In this document: in pieces, positions 1-11,249 of the stretch
Numbering within the stretch: the first letter of the stretch is position 1
How the letters are laid out: every line of letters starts with the position of its first letter
NCBI GenBank assembly: GCA_036172245.1
Contig: JAYWIR010000057.1
Location: 434,001-498,000, forward strand
From: Raillietiella orientalis
Taxonomy: Eukaryota
Direction of reading: 5' to 3'
Length of the DNA: 64,000 bases
Position numbers and translations under genes: made by a program
The notes under the pieces: generated by a model
What the model saw: the letters and a program-made list of their open reading frames with translations, nothing else
Told to the model about the DNA's origin: nothing
The model's database searches: none

Positions 1-2687
1 GAAGAATTCTGGAAGTAGGGGGAAAAAAACTTCTTCTGCTTACCCAAGTCAAAATTGGAGTTTTCGAAACAAGGTCGCACCTCGGCACGTTGCAAAGTAA
101 TCCCAGAACATTGAGGACACGACAAATGGACAGGAATCCTGGGTGGAACAGATGTCCTCGTACTACTGTGCGTGTCTCAGGAATCGAGTAGAGCGTCTTA
201 TAGAGAAGACTGTTCCTTTTTGGAAATGCTTCGAATTTCATATTTCCTATGGAGATCAAAGTATGATCCAAAAGAATGCATCCTCCTCTTGGAATGCATA
301 TAATCTAGAAATCAAAAGACATGAAGACATCGTAAATCTTCCTCACTTGATTATCTTGCTGGTATTTCACGTCATACAGAATCTGCGATAATATCTGATC
401 GGGATCGTCGATGAAAAGGTGGCGAAGAACGGTGTTGTTCGCTGTCTCGGGAGAAGGCAGGTGCCCCGAGTAACAAGCTAAACTTTCTACCAGGCCGCCT
501 CTACTGTGGATTGTATTGATTAATTTCGAAGCCATCATGTGATCGAGTCCTGGATCGAAACCGACTTCGAACAAGAGAGTTACTCTTCTATGCACTGCTC
601 TATTTTGGAAATGAGATTTCATCATCATTCAATTCGTATCTGTCATTTCGTGAGCAAGCTTTTGCTCAAGAAGGGTGCTTATCTCTTAGGATCCCTTTTA
701 TTCATTGTGGCAGATGTTACTCATGAGCTACAGTATAAAAACGAGCACGAGCCAAGCTAAGGAGTCATCAAGATAGTTTCCCCGGTTTCTATGACAGCTT
801 AAATATGTCTGCACGTCTCTGCGATTGCAGCATCACTACAAATTCCGGAATAGAGGAAGCTGAGGGTTTGCATAGCTCGTTCAAAGACAATTGCAGAGAC
901 AACAGCAAATGATAACAACCGTGTTCATATTTCCATTTTCCCGAGTTGGGTTACCCTATTCTGCAAGCTTACAATTCTAAGGAACACCGCATTTCCTTTG
1001 CTATCCTTCCAAGTTAGCACACGTTTCAACGTCAATCAGACCACAGAGTACAGGGTCACGGGGGCAGAACTACTTTATAAAATCGTATTGCCCCAACCAG
1101 TTCAAATAGCCATCTGGGCAGTAAGCATTCCTTCTACGGAATTCGACTCCTATTCGTTTTTGCCTAAACAGTTTACATAAATTCCATAGTATTTCATTAA
1201 AGGAGGACGGACGGACCAATTTCGAACACGGACCACATCGTGCCAACAATTTTGCGAGCTTTGCTTGAACCAGTAATCTGAATGGCCCACAGAGACAAAT
1301 TAGCAATTGAGAAGAATCAAAGAATGAAACGTGGCGAAAAGAATTGCTCTTGGCAGAGAATTACCAAACTTGGCAACCGAGGCTATATCCGTACATTCAG
1401 GATGGCGACTGCACCCAAGCTTTTTCAACCTTGGAAGGAGCAGTGGTTATTCCAACAGACTGCAAACGTGAGATCCCTCTTCGGACTTTGAAGCACCAGA
1501 GTTTGAGGCATAGTGGTATGGGGGGACCCACGCTCCACTCTGCTTCTTTGCACCACTTCGCGACTCTTTGGTGGAAGCCTTTTCCAGAAGGGCTGAAACT
1601 TTACTCAACCAACTCATTATTCACGATTCTCGCATCCTATCAAAATCATCGACTCAAAGTAACGGGAAAAAATATATGTCCCGATGATAAATACGTTATG
1701 AAAAATGGATTTTTGAATTTAGACCTTGACCTCTTCAAAATGCACCAAAATAAGATTGCTCGTCTGTTTCTTCTTGGAGAACAATGATTGCTATTGATGC
1801 AGCCTTTGACATGAAAATGTACGGTGAGTCAAACTAACGATATAAATAGAGCGTGGGCGTAGGTGTACGCAATGTACGTACACACAAGTGAGCAACCATG
1901 CACGAGAAAGAGACAAACGCGTCGACAGTCTAATCCAAGCAATTCAAAAAATCTGTACACTCTTTGGGACGTTTACGTATCATCGTCGTACGAGTCGACG
2001 CTCACGTACCCCAATCAACTGAATACATTGTATGTATTTACGATCTTTTTGCCGATATGTTTGACTTAATGTTGTCTTTCAAATCGAATTCAGAATCAAT
2101 TTGCATGGAATGTTACGTAGCTCATGATGAAACCGGAGTGCACTTCTCTTATCATCGAAAATGCAAAAGAAAATGTATCTTCGAAGACACGCTTATTTTG
2201 CCAACTCGTTTTCGGACAAAGTGGTGCAGATGCATTTTCAGTGCTTAAACACGGCTGCCCTTACTTCTCATGGATCTGCGACAGCTCTGTGCAGAAGTAG
2301 GATGGAGCGACCATGCTCCTCTGGCACTCCACGCAACACAAAGCTACCGGGACATAGAGAAAGCGCGGCAGGAAGCATACCACCAAATCAGATAATTTGA
2401 CATAGCTAGAGAGTCCATCCATGGTGACCGATAGATCAAGCAAGCGAATTTGGATGAAGGAGAATTTTCTCTTGAGAGCCATCAGTTCCGGATCGTTGTT
2501 GCTTACTGAGGATCAGAACTGGGAGGTGAAGAGGAACATCGGGATGCTCTGGGAACTCACTTATCGTAACCTCATCGATGACCTTTTGCTTAAGGAGATA
2601 ATCAATAGTGTACGCTACGGCCTTCGTGGAACCGAGAACCAGAATTCGTTTAAGCTCCATTTGATGCTTTAGGAAGTTTGCTTCCAT
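1..2687 (-). CDS. Divergent monofunctional saccharopine dehydrogenase (SDH)-like protein, tandem paralog of the AASS C-terminal half; 3' end lies beyond the window
   Basis: Spliced exons on the minus strand: 2687-2561, 2505-2265, 599-347, 304-44, then a GT donor at 43. Translation MEANFLKHQMELKRILVLGSTKAV...LLDLSV...DLVVCFLP...APSY...EVGFDPGLDH...YSGHLPSPE...FEAFPKRNSLLYKTLYSIPETRTVVRGHL...LTW aligns with the SDH domain of the neighbouring AASS. The four visible introns fall at the same positions and phases as in AASS. Confidence 0.85.
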
Positions 2688-4687
2688 GGATTTTAAGTTA
2701 CTGGTCAGTCATACAAGGCTGCATGGTCGACGGGAACCTGATGTTAAATGAAGTTTTTGCATAATACATTGCCAAAAGTAGCACTTACGAAAAGACTTCA
2801 AAAAGAACAGGCATCAGAGAATTCCCTTGCTTTGTCACATTCTGTACGTATATGAGATTGGAGATATTATGAGAACAGTCCATGCCAATCAATAAAAATT
2901 AACACACTTAACATCAATCGCTGTCAGTCAAATGAATTTCCAAGAATATTTTGAACAATAAACAGCCGACAATTATTTTACTTCAAAAATAAGTGAATAT
3001 CATTGAATCACAGACAAACAAAAAAATAAAAAAAAAGCACAGCAAATACAAAACAATTTAACAAGTGGATGATTGCAAAAACCAAATGCCGCTTGAGAAA
3101 ATTCCTTTTCACAATTTTGAGGGTGTGTTTGATTTATTGGCAGTGTCTTTCCACTTACATCACTTTGTTGGAACCGCTTCGTGTAGATGCGTTCTCAGAT
3201 CCACTTGCGTTGGAATTTTGTAATTTGATTGCAAGGCTGTTTCATTGCTGAGAAGCATGCACTAGCAGAGCTGAGTTGAATCGAAGAATCTCATTTCAGC
3301 CGAAAAAAATTCGAAAGACTTTCGTTGAAATACTGCGACTCTTTTTTTGTCTATTTTTTTCCTTAATTCATCCCAAGTTTATAGAGCTCGGTTATACATT
3401 CATCCTTTGGATATGTTTGCGTGCATTTAGACAACCGTTGTACGATTTATGTATCACCCAAAGTGGAAAGTTTATGAATTTCCTACAAATTACCGATTTT
3501 GTTTCTTTTTCGTACAATTTAAAGGATAATTCTGTTCGGTGCATCAGAAAGGAAAGGAGAAGGAGGAGGAGGAGGAAGCATGCTTACCAGTATGAACCAT
3601 ATTGAGCAAGAGGATCACCAATGTCTTCGCTGGTAGCTATTGCTCTCTAGTCATTAACGGGAGAGAGGTACTAGAAACAGCAGCTTTTACAGGAAACACT
3701 TTTCTAAGCAGTGCATCATGAATCTAGTAAGGTTCCTGGATAATCCTTTCGAACTACAGCTTTGATTTCTGCCTGGATTCCTAACATTGCAAATATGCTC
3801 CTATTTTTTTTTCTCTCTCTCTTTTTCCTTTAACAAGTGAGACCTAATATTTTTCAATTCTGCTTCGATGTGCTTCTCTAAGGAAGAATATTCCTTTTAT
3901 TCCTAAATCGATGTGGTTTCTGGCTTCGAAGATACTGAAGACGAAATTTTTATAATCCAAAAATTTTAAAAATGACACATTTGAAAAGAACTAAAAGACA
4001 GCATCAAATACAAGCATAAATGTCAAAGCTAATTGTTTCGATACTGGGAATCCCTATGAAAAACATTATATCAATTAAATACTTGACAGTAAAGTATACT
4101 TTGGATTTATGCTTCTGAAACAACTATTTTATCTGGAGAATACATTTGTTACCTATCTTTCGACCTCAATACTGCAACAGAATGCTTCTAGAGAAAGATC
4201 TGGGGGGGAGGGGGGGGAGTCTATCTGGATTGAATGCACTGTGTTTTGAAGAGATCCGAACCAATTTTTCAAACTAATTTCATCGCTCGGTCAAATTCAA
4301 GAATTCCCTTCGAAAATAAGCCTTAAACATGCTTCTTCAACCACGTTTGAAAGGATTTTGCACTGGCCAACTAGATGAATCCTCAATACATCTCGAAGTA
4401 ATTACTAGCACCATATCATGAAATGCTTTAGTCGCTTCCTACCAATTCAGCATCCAAGTTTCCATAAAGAGCTTCCATGACGAGTATCTTCTCATTCGTC
4501 TTGCTGAGAGCAGCTTGATGAAATGATCCCTTGAATGAAATCTAAAGACTCATTTTGAAACAAGTTTCTTTTCGAATTGTCCAATAATTTGAATTTCACG
4601 CGGTTTTCGTACCACAGATTTGTTGAAGGTTACAACGACTTCAAGTGGAGGACGGAGCTGCCTATGTGCGTACGCTTTTTTCGTCCG

Positions 4688-4781
4688 TTTCTTTTCATTT
4701 CCAAATACGAAAATTAAAACAAGAAAAGAACTTTAAAAATGAAAAAGGACCGATTCTTTGATCGTCTTGTAAAAAGTAGAA
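4688..4781. repeat. 94-bp dispersed repeat, copy 1 (identical to 8868-8961)
   Basis: tttcttttcatttccaaatacgaaaattaaaacaagaaaagaactttaaaaatgaaaaaggaccgattctttgatcgtcttgtaaaaagtagaa occurs identically, in direct orientation, at both positions. Confidence 0.95.
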
Positions 4782-5432
4782 TAAACAAGGCAGACGCAAA
4801 AGATCAAACAGACAGACACAGATCAACGAAGTAGACAAACACAACTGTTGCTCCATCACTAACGTGAAGTAATCGACGAATTCAAAAGCAATATGCAAAT
4901 TACGTAATCACATGTTTTTTTAAAAAGAAAAACCACCTTCCATAAAGTAATAAAATTGGATAAAATAAAACTTCAATAAGGGTTCCTAAAAAAAAGTCAT
5001 GCGTGCTTACTGAAGTAATAACTGATGCTGTTAAAATTGGGGAGACGGTTGCAAAAATTGATGGAACCAAGATACACTCAACTATAACACACACTTTCTA
5101 GTATTTCTGCAGTAGGGCGTACTGGAGAATGTTTCCAATGGAAAATTTCCAAAATTTATTTATTGATGTATTTCGATGAATCCTGATAAATGTTGTATTG
5201 AAGATAAATCTGTAACACGAATCGAAAAAAAAAAAAAACAAAAAAATGAAAAAACAGGCAGTTTCTTTTAAGATGAAGTTGGGGTCTCGAAAAAGGGGCA
5301 AAAACCTGGGAAGAATCACCACTCACGTTACCATCGAATGTGACCTCATAATATTGCATCATATTTGTGATGACCTTATTTGTTTAGGTGTTCACTTTAT
5401 GTTCTTTGAAAGGACATAAAGTTATGTTTTTT

Positions 5433-5457
5433 GGAGGCACACTGCAAGTGTGCCTCC
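5433..5457. other. Perfect 11-bp inverted repeat flanked by a T run and an A run
   Basis: tttttt-ggaggcacact-gca-agtgtgcctcc-t-aaaaaaaaa. Confidence 0.85.
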
Positions 5458-6272
5458 TAAAAAAAAGTGTTCAAATAACCTTTTGAAAAATGTGACGAAT
5501 GATGTCAAACACTTTTTGGTTAGAGTTTTTGAATCATAAGCATTTGATAGTGAAGCTTGACTGCCCTGTTTTGATTTTGACACAAATATGTGTTACATTT
5601 ACAAGTCCTTATTTCAATCATGTATTCTATACTTATATTATATACATATTCCAAGTGCATCTGCTAGGTTTGCTTACATTTTTCAAAAGGTTACTTTTTC
5701 AAGCTACCGACTTCTCAATATACTTTGAATATAGTCGTCCCAGCTGCATCACCCAAAAGAAAACTTTCTTTGTTCGATATGCTGGGCACTTAAACAAATG
5801 AAAAAACCTTCTATTTACAGTTGCATGCCGGTTGGCATGCAAAAGACCTTTATAAAAATCATGGGGAGTCTTGGGACAATTCCATTTGCAATTCCGTCAT
5901 TTATGTTGCATTTGCCATAATCAAGTGATTTTGCATCTCCACAAGTAGGGGGGAAAATTCCTATCGAAAAATTGGATATTTTGTAAACTTATAACCTTTT
6001 GGAATTGCAACACGTAAAAAATCAACTGTGACTCAAAGATGAAGCAATTCCATTGATTCATAATAAATCAAAGCATTAACAGTTTACTCAACACAATCCG
6101 AAAAATGAAATTGACATTATAATTACATCGTACATTAACTTGGCCACTCTTAATTCTGTCACAATGTAAAAATTATTGCACCGCTGAATATCTGTAAGCC
6201 AAACACATACATACAAACACATTCATACTTTACTAATGTGAAGATGCCATAATACTCATAGAAAGGATAATT

Positions 6273-9200
6273 TTATTGGAAAGCGGATGTTGATTTAGCA
6301 ACAATGCCTTTGTTTTCTAATCTTTTAAGAATTGGCCTATATATGTCTGCTTTAAGTGGGAGAATGGTGCCCACATCTTGGATTTCTTTATCAAGAACCA
6401 TCTTGGCTGCTATAGCAACTGGATAGCCAACTGTTCTTGCCATTGCTGACAGCCTATTTTTTTGCCCTACAGGATTTCCATAATGAATTAAGTTAATTCC
6501 TCTATTTTCCAATTTGCCATCAGGCCAGCTGATAACAACTTCATGTCTTAGTATCACTAAATCCCTCTCTCCAGTTTCTATGAAAATTCACATAAATCTC
6601 CTAACTATGAATGAAACATACTCACCAAAAACCAATTTTTTAGATAAATAATTGCTGAGAGTATCTAAAGGTGTATCGAGAGGAAGAACTGGCTCATCCA
6701 TTAACAATCCTAACTGCTCCAAAGCTTCAGCAGATGTGGAACCTACTCTTTCCAGGATATGCTGTCTCAAAGCATCTACTGCTGTACCTGGGTTTTGATC
6801 TAATGCATGACATAGAAATTGCTTCTGTGAAGCACGGAAAATTATACGTTGAAAAAACAAAAAAAAAAAACCATACCCAAGTGATCGAACTGTTCTTATA
6901 GAGCAGTCTATGTGGATTGCGATCCAATAAACCTAGCAAGTAAAGTCCTTTCACAGCACTACTAAATCCTTGGAATCGGAGAGTTCCTCTCAACACAGTA
7001 TGAGCTTCAGGTATCCCATAAAGACTTTTGTAGACTAAACTGTTTCGATTAGGAAATCCTTCTAATGCAAATCCAGGCAAAAATGTGATTGGTTGTGCTG
7101 CATCCATCAGTGCTCCTTCCTCTGCTATTTCGACAATCTTTTAAACAACATAAAGAAACTCTATTCTTAGAAAAATTACCTGATTATTCTGCAGATAGCA
7201 GGCTGTACCCAACATATTCAAAAGAACACCTCTTGGATACCAAGAAAATTTATAACGCAATGCATTGTCTGAACATTCTGGAGCAGGTAATCCGCCACAA
7301 TACGATACAAAAGATAGAACTTTTCCACCTTGTTGATGAACTTCATCAACACAATCCATGGCTAAGAAATGATCTATTCCTGGGTCTAGGCCAACTTCAT
7401 TGAGAATAGTGATTCCAACTTTCTTGGCACTAGAGCCAAGTAACATATATAACATATAAGAACTCACTCTGCATCCAGCTGCTTCATACTGGGACTTAAA
7501 TAGCTAGCTGTAATCATGTGTACATGGTGTTGAATACAGTGCTGAGCTACTACAGGATGTAAGTCATAAGGAACCAAAGAAACCACCACATCAGTATCTG
7601 CCATAAGTCTTCCAAGAAGCTCAGTCTGCTCTTTTACATCCAGAAGAACTGTCTGTGTTCGTTTAAATCGGCTTGAAAATCTAGACATTTCATCCTTATC
7701 AATGCTAGCTACAAAAGAATTTGCTACCTATCAGTATTGGATTACTACCTCACCAACAGTGATGGAAATGTTAGGAAAAGGTGTCAAACTCTCCAGCACT
7801 GCATCACAGACATGTCCACTTCCCAATATCAGCACTTTCTGGGATGGAGGTCCTGTTGTTTTATGTGGCCTTCTAAAAACCACATTAACACTTGATTTAA
7901 GTAACTCGACGTTTGTTCCGGATGTTGACAAAAATTAGCTAACTTGAACTATATCATGGCAAGTGCAATCTAAAACCTTAAGGGAAACCACAATCATTTT
8001 TGTTAGCACTCTGACTGCAATTGCAGCTACGGATTCATTACATATGTTACAATGGAAACTGTACAGTACAAAAGTTTATCAGAGGAACAGTTTGTTGTAG
8101 ACATTTCGTTATTCATTATCTACTTATTAATAACAAAACTACTATAGAAGGACTTTCTCAAGAATTAGCATGAAAAATCAGTTTTAGCATACATCTACAT
8201 ATCAGTTTTTCATGCAACTGAGTTCAAAAAAATATATACCTTGACCTTTTTCAGGGAAAGTTTACACACAAATTTAAAATTCCGAAAAATAACGTAAACG
8301 CGCATGTTAAATTTATATCCAAAAGAATGGCAAAAAACAAAAACAAAAACAAAATACAAACCAAAAATACGGCCACAAATTCATAATGGTTGCATGCCCG
8401 ATTTATAAACTGTTTTTACAAAGCTCAGTATGATAACTTATCGCCAAGTTGGAATTACTTCATAATGAAGTTACTACTGATGTTCGTTACTTGTTGTTTA
8501 CTGTTCAAGGTTTTCGATGAAATATGTCCTATGCTTGTAACAGATAGAATGAAATCGTCATTGAATTCTACATTTGAAGTCTCTTGATTTGCCAGAAACG
8601 CACATTTCTAAAAACAGAGAACACTTTACGTGAAACCAGATGCAATGGCTTAAGTCAAATCTCGTTTTCCATAATATTGAAAACGGTCGTTTTAAAATGA
8701 GTCTCTCCTCCCCTCAATATGAACTTTGTAACAACTTTATTTACGACATGCATCACTCTGAATTTATGTCCGGATTCTTCCTTGATGGAAACAAAAAAAA
8801 CTTCTTAAAGCCATATTGGCTCATCTTAGTATTAGAAAGTACTATCACCTGGATTGATTCACTTCACTTTCTTTTCATTTCCAAATACGAAAATTAAAAC
8901 AAGAAAAGAACTTTAAAAATGAAAAAGGACCGATTCTTTGATCGTCTTGTAAAAAGTAGAACAGGGCAGCTTATGGCAGCTACTCGCACCAGTTAATGCT
9001 TCACATTAACTGGTGCGATAGACCATATGGGAATACTTTTTATCACTTTATCTACTATGCTTTCTTACTTTTTTAATTATAGATCTCAAGGCATGGGAAA
9101 AAACTCGTAAATGAAGAAAAGATGAAACAAGGCACCCTTTTTTTTCTTTCTTCAAACCATTAACAAAAGAATACATAAGTTAAATCGAAAATTATCATAG

Positions 9201-11249
9201 ATTCTAATTTCAGCAATTCTCACCCACACATGGTGTACTTCATTTCAAAGAATACACTTAGCATACAATTGTTCCGACTCATTATAAGAAACCATTATCA
9301 CTGAACAATTAATACTGAATAACAAATTCTGAATTCATAATACTTACAGTTTGCCTTGCTTACGCAGTTCAGAAATGTACTGAAACTCTCGTGTCAACTT
9401 GCCATTACTTGTGATCACAGCCTATTGAGAAAATACAAATAAAACCTTAGCAGATTCACTTACTCCTCGGATAGCTGGATTAAAGTGATGTTCTTCTAAT
9501 GGCTTGGTAGCATCTGACTGTAGCAGATCAGGAATGAAAGGTAGCAAAAGTCCTCCAAAAAAATCTGTAGCATCACGGGGTAATTGAGTGGGCATGTTAT
9601 CAATGGAACAGACTAACACTCCTGGTCCTTCAAAACTGAAGACTGAAATAACCATGCTCAAAATGAGTTAAAAACAAACCTTTCTGTATTTTTATGCTGC
9701 TCAACATCATACAGACAGAATGGAGTATCTATTGTAGTGCATTCATTCATAAACTCAATAGAACCCCCAGGGTCTGCTGAAATATCACATATGGCTAACA
9801 AACGATGTGGCAAATTAGGGGCGCCTAGGTTGCTGCACTTAGATACGGGAGTTAACAATGATTTAGCATCAGAAATAGTCAAAAGTTTAGGTGAATTCAC
9901 AGCCCAGTAGATTCCATTGACAATAACACTGGCCCAAGGTGCTATCTATAAATAAACACAATATAAAGCATGCTATTGACTTCCAACCTACTTTCTTGCT
10001 GAATATGGAGCAATACAAATCTGGACGTTCTTCAGCTTCGGCTACATTGAATCCTGTCCCACCTTTTCTTACAAAGTGGTCTTTTCTTCTCACTTGGCAT
10101 CCATATACTTTGTTAAGGGCTAAAAAAATATTATTTTTTCCAACAACTACAGCAACATTTTCCTACATCCATGTTTAGCAGCTTTCCAAAGATAATTTGG
10201 GTCCACGTATTCAACTGGAAGCTCCCTGAAAATTTCTTGAGCACCTTGAGATACATTTCCAGATCCTGTAAAAACAAATGTAAGTGGACCAACAGACTGG
10301 GGCATAAAACCCAGAGAGATCTCATATCCAGCATCTCTGATTGCAGCACGGGCCATTTCAGGGTTTCGATAATTATGAGCAAGTCCTATATGCTAGGATG
10401 CGAGTCATGCATTCACAAAAATAATGGAAATTATACCATTAAGGGAGTATGGTGTCCAAGAGCAAGTAGTCTTAAGCCAAGACCATGAAGAATATTAATC
10501 ATACCAGCCACTCCAGCATATTTACCAAAAGCCACTAATCTCTGACCCTTACTACCAGTAATTTTCTCATAATCTATCAAACGGATATTCTAGAGTGCAT
10601 AACATGGGGAAAATACCATTAACACCTAATAGAGCCTTATACCTTTTGCAATAAGGCATCTAAAAGAGGCATATTTGATTCCTGGGCTTTAATTGTGTGT
10701 GAAAAAAAACAATAGGTTTTCTCTGGAATAAGGCAATCAATGGGAACTTGTTTAACTCCTAATATGAGAGGTGCAGGACTAATATCTTCTACAATGTCTG
10801 CACCTGCATTAGCATACATCTAAAAAAAAAGTTCAATCATTCGAATTATACCCTAAGAGCACGCCTGATTACAATTCAAATCTGCTTTAAGATAACTTCT
10901 GAAGAATTACTTAAGCATTCATTCACTGATTTTCATTTTTGAAAATGGACACATCAAAATCATTTAACTATTATTGATATTTTTAACCCAATCATTCATT
11001 AAAATTTGTTGAGATCACTTCATACAAGTTTATATACTCTCAACATTAGAGGCACTGAAAACAAAAAGAAACGAAAACGTTCACAAGTTTTACCTGGATT
11101 GGATATGCTCTTCGGTTTGAAGGCTGTACTAGAACTTTCACCCCATCCTTTACCAATTTACGAACATGTGATGGTGATAATGGGGCTCTTCTTTCCCAAA
11201 CAGACAAATCTTCCCTCCTAACAGCCAAGCATTTTTGATTTGTTCCAAA
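6273..11249 (-). CDS. AASS: Alpha-aminoadipic semialdehyde synthase (bifunctional lysine-ketoglutarate reductase / saccharopine dehydrogenase); first coding exon unresolved
   Basis: Exons on the minus strand: 11249-11094, 10819-10643, 10589-10437, 10392-10167, 10119-9992, 9945-9680, 9635-9464, 9421-9348, 7872-7754, 7707-7468, 7429-7180, 7137-6877, 6824-6626, 6577-6273. All are GT-AG and phase-consistent. LKR motifs: [67 protein letters not shown] motifs: [50 protein letters not shown]. One possible upstream ATG is at 11392. Confidence 0.96.
8868..8961. repeat. 94-bp dispersed repeat, copy 2, inside the AASS LKR/SDH linker intron
   Basis: Exact match to 4688-4781. Confidence 0.95.
8984..9018. 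other. Perfect 15-bp inverted repeat (hairpin)
   Basis: tcgcaccagttaatg-cttca-cattaactggtgcga. Confidence 0.9.
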
